Of a DNA stretch of 64,000 nt, positions 38,519-52,786 are shown piece by piece. The stretch spans positions 89,652,001-89,716,000 of the forward strand of contig CM059435.1 of the NCBI GenBank assembly GCA_030390025.1, written 5' to 3'. The stretch's first letter is position 1. Every line of letters starts with the position of its first letter. The notes below the pieces were generated by a model. That model worked only from the letters and a program-made list of their open reading frames with translations, did not search any database and had not been told where the DNA came from. The position numbers and the translations under genes are program-made. Source of the DNA: Squalus acanthias. Its lineage: Eukaryota.

Positions 38519-41029
38519 TACTTGGGCAGGATATTGGGCAAGAAGAAGTGCATTCCAGATTGTAGGGTACATGAGGCCCGCTTACTGGTGACACTGAACT
38601 CAAAAATAAATATCTAGCCCAAAAAATGACAGCTCATGCAGAGTAGGGCAACAATTTTTTTTCTATCGATGCTATACTGATACAAAGCCATTTTTCTCAT
38701 AGCGCCGAGAGGAAGTTTTAACATATCCATCTTTTTCTATGGCTTGTGCTGTTGGCAGCTGGAAGGAGCGCTGGGCAGACTTTCGTTATATGTATTTTCT
38801 TCTACTTGGTGCCTTTACAATAAATTTATTGCATGTATTCAATATATCCTCAGAGGAGTATTCAGCTAATGCATCCAAATTTTCCTAGCAGTCTAGTGGC
38901 TGTATTTGTCAAGAGCATCCAATTTTCCTCGTGGGCTGAGAGGATCAGCTCATTTATCGGTGACATCTGAATTACCAGCCAGAGCAAAGATGTATTTTGT
39001 AGAGTCCCTCCATACTAGAAATTCTTATTGTAACTCTGAATTCTGGTAATTAAAATTTATGATGTAGGGCTTGACTGTGACTCTCAAGTCTGCATGTATC
39101 TAAATGTTCATCCCCAATTTCAGTAACCATTTACTTCCAGTGAAAGCACATGTGTAATTCAAGTACAGCAAGATGATTTGATTTCAGAATTTCATGACAA
39201 AGATTTACAATTATTGATTGAACTGCTCACTCTTCCATGTCTTAAATGTGTCATTCTACTTCTGTTGCCAGTGATTGTGGTCCACATCATGCTGTGCATG
39301 TGCAACTGGTGACATTTATAACTAAACCTTCCAGCTCACCCCTATTGCAAAGGTGGCACCTTCATCTCTGCTCACCTGGATTATTTTATAAACTTAGCTC
39401 AAGCTTTAGTTTCCTCATAAAAGTTATTTCAAACATAGACCCAAATCTTCTAGAGGTTTCCCATAACTTTCCAGCAAATTTGATTAAACCTCGCATCTTT
39501 GGTACTTCGCTGAGCTTTCACCCTCATAAAATTTTCCTCAGGTTGGAATGTCTGACTGTAACCCGCATGGCTTAACAAACACTAATGTGCATCTGGTGTA
39601 CTAGTAAAACAGTGTTAGTTCTTACTCTCCTTTTTACAGAGGATACTGTTGAATATCTTACAGCAACTTCATATTTGCTATTACTAGAGTAACCACTGCC
39701 ACAATTAAGGGTTTTAAATAATAGAGAGCGAGATAGAAGGAATGAATAACATAATTGAAGAAAAAGAGAGAATTCAAGATTCAAGGGATAAATTTGTGGC
39801 AATTGAGTGTGGTTTTATATTTTGCTCACAAAGAAAAAGAACACAGGACCATCAGAACTCATGTTAACCTGTCCCAATTCTGACAAACAACAATGGGCAC
39901 AGTATTGTATATAGGCCAGTAACTCAGGTGGCAAAATGAATTAATCTTACCCCAGTAATCCTTCTCGATGAAAATAAACTTTTGACTCCTATTTCCCACA
40001 ATGGCTCACTTTTGGAGAAATATGCTCATCGCTATTTGCACCCAATCAGGTTCATTATTGCATTTTTCTGAAGGATTCTTTACCTCAGCTGCCTGAGAAA
40101 GTTTGTGTTGTGTCTGAAGAATCTGGCAGATATATACCAAAACAGAGACAACACAATAAATTGTAAGCTAATTAATGTTATAGTGAGCTTTATCTAAAAG
40201 CTTTGTAGATCTAGCTCAAAACCTTCAGGAAAATAAAATTGGTTTGGAAATTTTGAGTTTTACATATTCAGATCACAAAATAGCTTATTAAATGTTTTGA
40301 ACATTTGCAGCTTTCCCTTAATGAAGGAAGGATACAGCACATCATTCTTACTGCACGTAGCAAAAACTAGAGTGGGGCCATAAGAAGCAAACCAGCTCTG
40401 GACTTGACATCAAGCCAGGAAGCAAAAAGTGAAAGCTATTTCAAGTAATTGGTTGAGACACAAACCATCGCTGACAATAAATGCATGACTTACTCCAATC
40501 TAAGATCAGGAATGAACAATTTCACACAGTCCTTGTTTTTTTTGCTTTTGATTTTAATTTTATTTTGTAGCTTAAGGATTTTAAAAAAAAAATCAAACAT
40601 CACCACACCAATGTTATCAAGTTCATTTTATTTTAGATTTATGTCCATTTTATAAGCCACACTTCCCTATTTTTCATGATCTCATTTATTATATCAAAGA
40701 CAAAATCTATTATTAGTTATAAATAATCTGTTTTCAGGTATATTAATAAAATGTCGACAAAGTTTCTTGACTTTTTCCCCTACCAGCTGGTTGGCTAGCT
40801 AGATGAGGTATCAACATTAATCCTTGCCACACATTTTACAGTTCAACCAATAACTTAATGGGTGAAACTTTGTAACAATTAAGCCGTTGCCAAGACTAAT
40901 AGTAAAACAGAGCATAGCCAGGCTAAAGAAAAAGCACAAAAATGGAAAGATGGAATTTCAAAATTAGTCATAGGCCATCACTTTATTACACAATTATTTC
41001 ATCAAGAGAACATTGTTTCCAAGTCACCA

Positions 41030-41365
41030 CCACCAGCACACTGTGGCTGCTGTATGTACGATCTACATGATGCACTGCAGCAACTCGCCAAAGTTACTTT
41101 AACAGTACCTACACTTCTATCACCTATAAGAGTAGCAATGTTTTGGGAGCCATTACCTCCAGACTTCCCTCCACATACCATCGTGACTTGGACATATATC
41201 ACCAGTCCTTCATCATCACTGGGTCAAAATCATGGAACAATTTTGGGAGCACCATCACAAGGACTTCAGCAGTTTAAGGAGAAGTGCCACCACCATCACC
41301 TCAGGGAACTAGGGATTGGCAAAAATGCAACCTTGGCTGCATCGCCCACATCACAAGAATAAACA
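41030..41365 (+). mobile_element. Degraded 3' fragment of the 59370-60440 LINE family
   Basis: CACTGCAGCAACTCGCCAA, CTGGGTCAAAATC and CACCACCA...GGGAACTAGGGAT match the longer copy. Confidence 0.75.
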
Positions 41366-41844
41366 AAAAAAACTAATTGTTATTTCAGGTATAATTGATC
41401 CTTTTATTGCATTATTTCACAAAAAATCCAAAGTATTTTGGATCCCCAAAACGATCTTTTCTCATTGAATTAAATCAACTCAGTTTGACTGATCACACAA
41501 TTGAAAAATAAATTATCAATATGGACCTTCGGACCTTGCTGAATTACTTAAGTTGAAAGAAATGAATTGGCTTTCAAATTGAAGATCAGCTTCTAGCTGC
41601 ACAGGTGCAAATAGCGAGGCTTCAAAATTTAATTGATCAGGCCTTTGGCCCAACTGACTATATTTGGGGCATTCTTTGATGCCGTTTCCAATCCTGAATT
41701 GTTCATTATTTTCTAAGTATGATTGTCTTATGTACATTTTTCTTGGTGTGGATAGGGAGGAAGTTGTTCTGTCTAAAAGTTCAAAAATTATCAATTGGCG
41801 TCTCATGGAAGCAGTAAAATTGATTTGACTAGATTTAAAGGAAC

Positions 41845-42640
41845 TACAATAGAATCATATAATATAGAAGGAGGTCATTCGGCCTATTGTGCCTGTGCTG
41901 GCTCTTTGAAAGGGCTATTCAATCAGTCCCCTGCTCGTTCACCACAGCCCTGCAAATTTCTCCAATTCCCTTTTGAAAGTTATTATTGAAGCAGCTTCGA
42001 CCACCCTGTCAAGCAGTGCATTCCGGATCATAACTCGCTGCGTAACAAAAATTCTCATCTCTCCTCCGGTTCTTTTGCCAATCAGCTTAAACCTGTGTCC
42101 TCTGGTTACTGACCCTCCTGCCAGTAGAAGCAGTTTCTCCCTCTGTACTCTAACAAAACCCATCATAATTTTGAACACCTATTAGATCACCCCTTAACCA
42201 TCTCTCCTCTAAAGAAACAATCCCAGCTTCTCTGGTCTTTTCACATAACTGAAATCCCTTATCCCAGGCACTATTCTACTATATCTCCTCTGCATCCTCT
42301 TCAACGCCTTGACATCCTTCCTAAAGTGTGGTGCCCAGAATTGGACAGAATACTCCAGCTGAGGGCTAACCAGTGTTTTATAGCATAACGTCTTTGCTTT
42401 TATACTCTATGCCTCTATTTATAAAGCCAAGAATATATATGCTTTTTTTAACAGCCTTATCAGCTTGTCCTGCCACCTTCAAAGATGTGTGTACATAAAC
42501 TCCCAGCTCTGTGTTCCTGCATCCCCTTTAAAATTGTATCATTTAGTTTATATTGCTTCTCCTCATTCTTCCTTCCAAAATAGGTCACTTCTCTGCATTA
42601 AATTTAATCTGCCATGTGTCTACCCATTTCACCAGTCTGA
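41845..42640 (-). mobile_element. CR1 3' fragment
   Basis: ORF 41939..42178 (TRGHRFKLIGKRT); similar to 9686-10520; TAGAATCATA tail. Confidence 0.82.
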
Positions 42641-42784
42641 TTTAATACGTGAATGATATGCTAGCAACACATAACTGCAAAATCTGGCGCACATTGATAC
42701 ATGGCACACCCGTTATGCTTGTGCTTTCAATAGGATCCCCGATTTATATGTTACACTGGTATATTTAGTGAACATATAAAAGAT

Positions 42785-43175
42785 TGAGGGGCAATCTGAT
42801 CAAGATGTTTAAAATGTTAAAAGGATTTGGTAGGGTAGATATAGAGAAACTATTTCCTCTGGTGGAGGAATAAAGAGCAAGGGGACAATCTTAAAATTAG
42901 AGCGAGGCCATTTAGGAGGGAACTCAGGAAGCAATTCTTCACAAAAAATTGCAGAAGAAATCTGGAATTCCCTTCCCCCAAAAGGCTGTGGTTGATGGGG
43001 CAAATGGAGCTTTCAAGACTGAGATTGATAGATTTTTGTTAGCTAAGGGTATCATGGGATATGGAGCATGGCAGGTAAATGAGGTTGAGGTACAGATCAG
43101 CCATGATCTAATTGAATGGTAGAGCAGGCTCAAGGGGCTGAATGGCCTACTCCTGTTCTTAAGTTCCTATGTCCT
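42785..43175 (+). mobile_element. CR1 3' fragment
   Basis: GATCAGCCATGATCTAATTGAATGG...GAATGGCCTACTCCTGTT 3' UTR. Confidence 0.82.
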
Positions 43176-44618
43176 AAGACGTGATTTGTATCCCAGCTTT
43201 TACAAGCAGCAGGTTTATGTAAGTAGTGTCAGTGTAGGACTCTCTATATATCTTATATAACATGATAATTTTAGGTACTATAAAATCATACATTTTATAA
43301 AAAAGCTAGAGAAATTTATTTGAGTGTAAAACCAATTTATCTAATCTGATGCATTATTATCCAAATTCTTACTGGTTTCATTTTAATTATTAAAATGCTA
43401 AAATTAAAGTTATAACAGTATGTTAAAACAGTCTTCCACTGTGTCCTAATGACATCAATCTTTTCATTCCAAAAATTGTATCTGTTATGCAAGTTATATT
43501 TAGTTTCTGGAATAATAAAACTAACTAAGAAGTTTAATTAGCTGGTTTATTTATTAAATATTTATAGAGATCTTTTCCATCAGTGCCTTTTTGTAACAAT
43601 ATACTACTAAAATAAGAAACTAAATACACCCTTTTCATATTTTGGAAGTATTCTACACAAGTGATTAAAAAACACATAAAATAGCTGTATTTGTTCAGCT
43701 GCAGTTGTGGTGAAGTGAAAAACATACACCAACTTTTCTCCCTCACTGATCACTATGTATTCTGCTGTAAGAAGGAAGTCGTGTGACCTAATGAATCATG
43801 TGTTCATGAAGATTCTCTTAGAGAATGCCAACTTTGAACAATCAGGCCTAAGAGCATGTCACGGAAGTTTGGAAGCCTCACTATTTGCACATGTGTGCAG
43901 CTAGAAGCCGATATTCAATCTGACAGCTTGACTTCACCCTTCTTATTAGCTGCCATAGTCCACTATATCTAAACATCTTGCTCCACTAGCCACAATCCTT
44001 GATTCTAAATTATTTAAGTATTGCCAGTTTAAAAAAAAACTTATGATGGTTATTCATTACAACTTCTCCTTGAATTTGCCACAAAATCAAGATCAAGAGT
44101 TCAATGGTTACTTCCTTCAAAAAAAATGGAATATTCTATTGAAATGAAATAGGATAACAGAGAAAGAAAATTACGCAATTCATGAGTCACATCGCAATTT
44201 TTTATTTAACACGTCAACCTCTTTTGTAATGTCTTCCAGTTGATAAATGCAATGCTTATAGCTGCCTAACTGAGAAATTGTACGACAACTTTCTTATAAC
44301 TTATTTCTAACCCTAGCTTAATTTTTGTACAGCTCCCAAACACAGCCTTATACAGAAGGTATTAAATATTTTCCTGATTGAACAGAAAACATGTTAAATT
44401 GGTATAACATTAAAAACACAATCTGAGCTTGTAATTTTAAAATTTCTGAAGCAATGCATAAGTTTTGAATGTTGATTGCATTGTTGGGCCATTTTGTATT
44501 CCGAAATACATGAAATGCCGTCTTACCAAATTCTCTGTTTTCAATGGAATTGTTCAAATTTAAAAATGCTGGTAAGCTTAACCACAAAATCAAATGTTAT
44601 CTCCAAGTATTACATAAT

Positions 44619-45225
44619 GGGGCCGATTTTCGGTTTCGGCAGACATCGGGCGGGCATGCCTGCCTTCTGCCCAATCTCAATGGCGAGAGGTCCAACGAAT
44701 TTTCATGGTTGGGTTGTCATTACTGTTCCATCGATGCACTGCTTGCACGCTTGGAGTGTAGACAGGCAGCTCGCCGTTGGGGAGGTGGGAAATCTGGCAG
44801 AGTTGGATCAGCAGAATTTGGTTAAGGGAGGGGGCAGATGATTGTGGGGGGGGGAGGGGAAGCATCAGCAGATGGTAACATTTTTGTGAGGCCAGAAGGA
44901 GCATTAATTCTTGGCCCCACAAAAAACATTACAGGACCTTTAAGGACCTCTAGGTTGGCCGCTCAGTGCCAAGTACCAATGGGCGGAGTATGTGCCGCAC
45001 ATGTTCTGTCCAATAGTACCTGAAAATTGCATCGACGTCCTGTTGACATCATAGAACCCGTATTTGCATGGGCTAATGATGCACCCACCTGAGGCACCCA
45101 TTTCAAGGACACCACCAAAATGGCTGCAGCCCGGAACTTGGCGGGAATGAGACGGTAACTGCTGCGCCATGTTTTTCAGCGCAGCACTGCCCCATTCCCA
45201 CCCAATGATAACAAAATTCGGTTCA
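44619..45225. mobile_element. Probable degraded Harbinger-type MITE
   Basis: GC-rich island starting GGGGCCGATTTT and ending AAAATTCGGTTC; shares GGCCCCACAA with ~30385. Confidence 0.5.
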
Positions 45226-45994
45226 AATAAATTAATTAGTAGTTTAAATTGTACTTTAGGTCCATGAGCTGGCAAATATGCATTCTGTGCCAAATTGATG
45301 TAATTTGCTGCTCAGTATGCTTACATTTCATAGGTGCGTAAACTCATGTGTATTATATTGCAAAAAAAAAAAATCAGCAATTCTATGATAATTTGGTTGT
45401 TAAGAAACTACGAAACATTTGTGATTGGCAGTACACCATATGGTATGTTTTTAGTCTTTGTGTGGCCCCTTGTGGTGAAGTACATTACTGCAGCAATATA
45501 CCAGATGGGGAACCTGTCAATCAAAACTAGGGGGAAATGGGCTTTTGCACAGAAATGTGTGTATTAATTTAAGCTACACCAGCTTGCATCATCCACCTAA
45601 CTATCAGTTATTAGGGCTCCAGTTTACTTGAAACTTGGCTCAATCATTACATGACAGGTACATTTTTGCACAATAAACTTGTGAATATTGACACTCATGT
45701 TATATGAAGATGTATTTGTGAAATAGGTCACATGCTACACTGATACGTAAATGAAGATAGGACCAACAGGATGGTCACATGCAACTGGTGATTCCAGAAA
45801 TTTTCAAAACCACTGTTTGCTCTGTTTTAGTGAGGCCTCAATGCAACATATATCGGAAATGTAACAGCACATCCATTATCGACAAGAAGAGGAAGGCAAG
45901 GCAAGGATGTGGGAAATATTGGACTTTTAATAGTAAATGTAAAAAATAATAGCTTTAAGTCTTGAAAGCATTTTTCATGGCGAGTCGGAGATCA

Positions 45995-46370
45995 TACGTT
46001 GCAAATTGTGCCAGATTGGAAGGCTGCCAATATAACATTTCTGTTCAAAAAGGGAGAAAGGGATAAACCAGCCAACTACAGACCAGCCAGCCTAATATCA
46101 ATGATGGGTAGGCTTCTAGAAGCCACAATATGGGATTAAATTAACACTCACAAAGAAAGCCATGAGTTAATTAAGGATAGCCAGCATGGACTTGTAAAAG
46201 GCAAGTCATGTCTGACTACTTAGTTCTTTGAAGAAATAATGGGGTTTATTGATAAAAGAAGCACAGTGGTTATTGTGCACCTGGATTTTCAAAAGGTACT
46301 TGATAAGGTGCCACATAGGAGACTTGCAGCTAACATTAAGGAACTTGGTATTAGAGAATGTGGCAGCATC
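45995..46370 (+). mobile_element. Old CR1 RT fragment
   Basis: ORF 46239..46550 has HLDFQKVLDKVPHRRL; upstream NYRPASL-like sequence. Confidence 0.75.
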
Positions 46371-46899
46371 AACAGGAAGTTGGTACACTCTACAAATGGC
46401 CAGTCTTTCTGTCAATCAAAAAATTCTGGGCGTGGTAAACACAGGTGCTTACGAGGATTTCTCACATGCTACTTTGCTGAGCTTCTACAAGCTGACAGTG
46501 AGAAGTCTGTGAAGCCCCGTGAACTCAAGATCCAGGATTCTCAGAGATGAACAGGTTCCAAAGTAAAACATTGCTAGAGATGTTTCAGCTACAGAAGACA
46601 TCATTGCACATCTAGTTTTGATAATTTCCATGTAATTGTTATAACGTGTACCCTTTTTCAGCCCCACTTCCTTCTATATTGACACCTGGAAAAATACTCA
46701 CCTCCAAGTTGCTTATAACTGCATTCCTTACCACCCAACTGTTTAGTCATTGGCCCTTCATTTGCCATAATACCTCTGCAGTTGTTGCTACTGTCATACA
46801 AGCTCCTCATCTCCACCTTCGATGCTCCTCCCAGCATAACCTTCACTGTTATCCATATCGGTTATTCCTGTGGTATGGCCCCAGATATGCTCACTCAAG

Positions 46900-48625
46900 T
46901 CTAAAGGGTCCAGACTTCAGTGTACAACTGGCTCAGGTAGCCATCACCAGATCTGGCACTACCACATCAAGATCTACCTTGCTCTCTTTTGCCAAAACCA
47001 CCCACTACTCTTGGATCATCCTGAAAGGCAAAGGTGACCCCTAGTTAATTTTTTCTACTACCATCCATCTCCTTAAACCCTCTTTCTTGCCATCTCTACA
47101 CTCACCTCCAATAAAAAGTGCAAGGAGCTCATGGATTTCATTGTCACCAAGGTAGAGACCATCCATTCAGGTGCCTCTGCTGCTTCCCCTCCTTCTCTTT
47201 TCCGAAAATGTTAAACCTCTCCCCAAACCATCTCCTATGCCAACTCTAAACCTCCATTTCTTCCCAATGTTCTCTGCATGCCAATCTCATCCATGAGACA
47301 CACTTCATGCTCCCTTGATCCCATTCTTACAAACCTCCTGCCACCCAACTTCGCTTCCCTGCCCTTCCTGGTCCCCATGCTAGCTGACATGTAAGTAGTC
47401 CCTTTCCACAGGCACTGTCCCTCTCCCTTTCTTAACCACCATCATCCCCTTTATCAAAAAATCCACCTTGACCCCTCTGTCCTTAATTACTGCCAGATCC
47501 ATGCCCATCAATCACGCAACTTCACGTTTGAATGCCTCCAATTCGGTTTCCGCCCCTCCTGTAGTGCCAAAACATCCCTAACCAAAGTCACAAATGACAT
47601 TCTCTGTGAAAGTGACCACGATATATGATCCCTCTATGCCACCTTTAATACAGTTGACCTCTTCTAACATCTCTTCTCAATTATCCAACCTAGTGGGATA
47701 ACAGTTATTTGCTTTCACTCATATTTATCCAAAACATTCAGAGCCTATCCAGCAATGGGTTCTCTGCCTACTCCATACCGTCACCTTGTGATTCCCCTAG
47801 CCACATTCACACTGATAACACCAGCTCGATCTCTCCACCATTTCTCTTGATCCCTCCACTGCCTTAGTTTTGTCAGACTGCTCCAGTCTTGGATAATCCA
47901 CAATTTCCTCCAGCTAGATAGTTTGAAGACTGAAGTCAATGCCTTTGGCCCCCACCACAAAGTCCGTACCCTCACCAGAGTCCATTGCCCTTTATCAGCC
48001 ATCATCTTGGGCAAAACCAGACTGTTGGCAACCTTGGCATCCGGTTTGACTCCAAGCTGAATTTCCAATCCTATATCTTCTTTATCACAAAGATCACCTC
48101 CTAAATCCACCTCCAAAATATCATCTACCTCTGTTCCACTTCAGCCCATCTGCTTTCTCAACCCACATTTATGCCTTTGTCACCTCCAGACATAATTACT
48201 CCAATAGTCTCATCGCCAGCCTCCCATCCTCCACCCTCCATAAATATTAACACATCCAAAACTCTGCTGCCCTTTCCTATCCCACACCAATTCCTGCTTA
48301 TCCACCATCCTCACTGATCTACATTGGCTCCTGGTCCCCCTGGTCCCCCAACATCTGAAACATAAAATTCTCATCCACAAGTTTAAATCCCTCTTCAGCC
48401 TCACCCCTCCCTATCCCTGTAACCTCCACCAGCCCTATAAAGAATCCCCAGAATTCTTAGTTCCTCTGACTCTGGCCTTTTGTGAAATATCCCGCCCTTT
48501 GCTCTACATTTGCCAGCCGTGTCTTCAAAGGCATAGAACCCATTCTCTGGAATTCTCTCCTTCAATCCCTACACTTCTTTACCTCCCTCTATTCCCCTTA
48601 AGACCTTCCTTAAAACTCATTTGTC
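46900..48625 (+). mobile_element. Degraded L2-clade LINE
   Basis: Pyrimidine-rich; matches 63280-64000 (GAGCTCATGGATTTC, GAGACCATC, AAAGTCACAAATGACAT). Confidence 0.72.
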
Positions 48626-49289
48626 TGACCAGACTTTCCTGTTTTCATGTTATCCCTCTCACAACTTTGTCTCCTTTTTCCTCGGTAGGTCTCTGCCCAC
48701 TCAAACCATCTTTCTCTCTCTCCCACCCTACTTACAAAGGCAGTCAGTTTCTCTCCATCTCTCTCTCTCTTGCTTGCTTACAGACACGGTGTTTGTCTAT
48801 GGCTCTCTGCCTGCCTACCTGTCAAAATTTACCTCAAAAAATTTTTCAAGTTTATGCTTGAGCATCTTTTGAAGAAATTTGGAAAATGAAACTCAATTAC
48901 ACTTATAACCTGAAAAAAGGTACACATCGAGCTGTTACACAGATTACCCGAGAGAACGTACTAGTGCATGCTCAGAAATTTCTCCACACTACACACTAAA
49001 ATCGCACATGTTGGGAATTGTAGCCACAGTTGTCTTCTCAGAGCGGTAGCCTGCTACTTTGTTAAGTGAAGGCTTTGGGGAAAATGTCAACTCAAATGTT
49101 AAGCATTTGAGTGTTATAAAGACTGAGGCCCCAAAGTTCCATTGGGTTCTACTCAACGTTCCCTCTAATTTTTGTTTGTACTGAGCAGGCCATGAACTCC
49201 TTTGAGCACAACCTTTTCATCCGTGGGCAAATTTTAGAACAATAACTTTTACAACAAACACTTAAAAAGCATATACAGAGTAATGCCAT

Positions 49290-49610
49290 ATTGCCACCCC
49301 ACAGTCTCAAATCATGAGACAATCAGACAAGGTTCGGTACAGGTTTAACATAACTTCACTGCTTTTGAATTCTATTCCTCCAGAAATGAACCCCAGTGCC
49401 TTATTTGCACTTATGGCTTTTTTAACCTGTGTTGCTACTTTTAATGATTTGTGAAGCTATATCCCGGGATCCTTTTGCACATATTCCCCACTTAGATTCT
49501 TATTTTCCAAGGAGCAGATAGCCTTTTTATTCCTCCTACCAAAATGAACCACCTCACACTTATCTCTATTGAAATTCATTTGTCATTTACATACCCATTC
49601 TGCAAGTTTG
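49290..49610 (-). mobile_element. Old CR1 fragment
   Basis: TACAGGTTTAACATAACTTC and TTCCTACCAAAAT-like segments resemble 10250-10500. Confidence 0.6.
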
Positions 49611-50152
49611 TTTATGGAAGAATTAATTAAAAGCTTTTAGTTCGTCATATACAAACTCTATTTTTTTTTTTAATTACTTGTCAGAAATGACTGGGCTATA
49701 AAAGAACTGCATAATAATGCATTAACACTTCAGAAACGTTACTCAGTTACACGGTTATGCATCGACAAACAATCCAAAAACCCAAGGTGAGCTGAAAGAG
49801 GCATATCTATTTGTGCAATTAGTATTAATTGTAAAGTTTTCAATGTATTAGCCCATCCCTCATGTCACTATAGCAATGACTGCACAAGCAGCAGCTTTCC
49901 TATGGTGCGGACGTCCTGTCCGTCCACATAAGTGATTAGAATATTACAATATCATTGTACTCTCAATTTTTAATCTCCAATTTCAAACATTTATACCAAA
50001 TCAAAATTGTACATTATCAGTTTAATCAAAGTATTTTCTGTGTCTTTCTCAATAAACAAATAGTGGTTTCTTCTAAAGTAGCTCCCTGCAATTTTTATAC
50101 ATCATTACATAACACTCCATTAAATGTTTAAGAGGAAATTTATATTCACATT

Positions 50153-50660
50153 GGCCCAGACATTCCGATCGCAGGCCTCCCGCGGGCGGAGAACTGCGAT
50201 CTGGAAAAATTTGCGCCCTTACCGGAGGGTTCCCGGGATGCACACAATTCCAATGCTGGGCTTCTCCAAACTGCAGGTGCGCAGGGCCCACGTATCCCAG
50301 AGGCGCAGGTAGTTCGCAGCGTCCCTGGGGTCACATGGGCCATGGGGAGCCAATCACAGAAGGGAATCTCCCTTCATACACTTGACAGGAAGACCTGTCA
50401 AATATATGAATGGAGATCACCCCCAAAACATAGTAAAACTTTAAATAAATTTTATAAAATCACATTTTTAAAATGACTTGAAATTACAATAAATTAACTA
50501 TTTTAAACAAAAATTTAAATTTTTGAAAAAAATAATGAAAGTTTTTTTTTTTTACAGGGCTAAAAATAAACTTACCTTTTTTTAAAAAGTATTTTTAAAT
50601 GATAAATCAGTTTACTTTTTCAACTCTTATCCTGGTAAAAACAGGCCTTACGCCTTTTGA
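50153..50660. mobile_element. Truncated relative of the 34361-35116 MITE
   Basis: Shares TCAC.TGGGCCATGG.GAGCCAATC, GACAGGAAGACCTGTCAAAT, CTAAAAATAAACTTACCTTT and AAAAACAGGCCTT; one TIR only. Confidence 0.75.
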
Positions 50661-51418
50661 GAGTTTCCTTAATGTCTTGTAAGGGGTGAGAACTCTGATT
50701 AGCTCCTTGTTAGACATCTTAGAGTTAAGGGTTAATAATCAAACTTCTTTGTATCTTGGAACAACAAACTTTCCAAGATAAACAAGATTGCTTTGGGATG
50801 CCACAGGAGAAAGCATAGCTTATCTTCTTTTAATGTCTGAGAATTATCTAATGAGAAATGCTTGTGCAAGGAAATAAGTCACTGGGAAGACATCAAGCAT
50901 GAGTGATTAAAGTATGATTTCGGTGGCTTGTGTAATAAACATTGGTAGAGGGATCCATTAAATATAGTATGGAAAGATAAATGGTTAATAAACTTAGTCC
51001 TCAAAGGATTTGAGAACAGTTAAGTCGGGCAGTCTTGTTTGAGAGAAGTATCTTTGAAATAAACAACTACGACTGTTTTCAAAAGAATTCAGGAACAGAT
51101 ATGTCATGAGGTCTTGTCTGTGACATGTACCTTTGATGTAGACCAAATAAGGTGTATAAAGGAGCATGGTTTTCAACAGTTCTTTGGAGAGCTTGAAAGA
51201 TAGAAACAGAAACCGAACACCACTCTGTACAGATAGATTGATCATCTATGCTGTACATGAATAAAGTCTGTTCCATATACTCCGCCATCAAGTATCTCAT
51301 GCTTACTCGAAGCGTGTCGTTGTGAACCATAGAAGGAAGGAGATTGACTAACAGTGGAATGTGAACACTCCTGTTAAGCCAAATCATGGGCTGGGCAAGT
51401 GGGCAGGCAGCGCGGTTT

Positions 51419-52034
51419 GGGGGAAAATTGGGTTGCTTTGCGCCTCCAATAAACGCCCCAGGGGGGCGCTAATGGGATGCAAATCCCCTAGCGCCTGGGC
51501 ACGGCGCCGCCAACACCTCCCGCGAAATTCAGCGGGAAGTTAGCGGCGGCGGTAGCCAGTCGCGCCCCCTGCACCTCCGGTGATGACGTCATCACCGTGC
51601 GCAGCGCCCCGGCCGCAAACTTCAGTTGCGCCCCCTGACCTACTTCCGGACGATATGTCCAACAGGGTATGGGTGGCATTTTTGCGGCCGCGGAAATTAA
51701 AGGGCAGGTGCCAGGCGGCCTTTTTTTTGGGCCGCCTGCCAACACCTGCCCCCTTGCACTTCCTCATGCTGGGTGCCGGCCGCGATCGGTCAGCCCGTCA
51801 CTCCTCGAGTAGTCCAGCAGGGCCCCGGCGCGCATGGCGCTGTTGCACGTAGCCGCGATATTGAATGATAGCACCCCAGGAAGGAGGGGGAGCACCTCCA
51901 GTAGCGCCCCGCCTCCTGCTTGGGGTGCTACCACTCAATTTACAGCGCAGGGTTGCTAACATTTTCGGGGCGCTACTTTTAGCACCCCGGCGAAGTTAGC
52001 GCCCCCAAAGGGGGCGTGACTGAATTTTTCCCCC
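51419..52034. mobile_element. GC-rich Harbinger-type MITE (GCGC-motif family)
   Basis: TIRs GGGGGAAAATT / AATTTTTCCCCC; TSD TTT; repeated TAGCGCC motifs. Confidence 0.8.
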
Positions 52035-52600
52035 TTTAAGTTTATGGTCAGTAGTGTTCACAGGGTCCCAGGCAAGGGGTCCATATCTGGCTTGGCTTGG
52101 ACCAGTGCAGGAATGCGGCACTGGTTCCTTCTCTATGTCATTGCCTATACAGACAGGAGAGAAAAAAAAAACTCACGTGCCTCATTTTCAGTAGTTAAGC
52201 CGACTGAATCTATTTATTGACAGTCTGTTTGACTAGATAGTTTATTTTCCTTTCTGCTGATCTGCAATTTTTAAGTATTTTTACCTTTGACAAAGCAAAT
52301 AGAGGGTCGAATATTTTCCTCAAAATCAAAATCTTTACAATTTGCTTGCACAGCAACTACTTGGGAGGTTTCCACTTAATATTCAAATAGGCAAAGTACT
52401 TTCAGGTATATTCTTTTGCCCGTTTTTTTTTTTAAAGTTAATGTACTTCTCCCAAATTATTTATTTTTCTACAAAGGTTCTCGATGCAATCTTAATTAGT
52501 CAGCCCCGTGGGACAGCTCAAGCCAAGGATTTTGTGCATGGCTCACACTATATTACTCCAATCAGTCAATAAAAGGCACAACTGCATGAAAATAGAAACA

Positions 52601-52786
52601 GGGGAGTGGATTTTTAAATTTACTGCCTTGGCATAAATCTGGCATTGTGGATCAACCGCCTGTTATAGAATCAGCTGGATTTACACTTCCATTCAAATTG
52701 GAAATGAAAATCAGGTGGTTTCTATAATAGGTGGTCAGCCTGCAACACCAATTTTGAGACCGGGCAGCAAGTTCCAAATCTACCTC
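52601..52786. repeat. Degenerate palindromic MITE-like element
   Basis: Inverted arms CCGCCTGTTATAGAA...GATTT / AAATC...TTCTATAATAGGTGG around a central TTCCATTCAAATTGGAA. Confidence 0.55.
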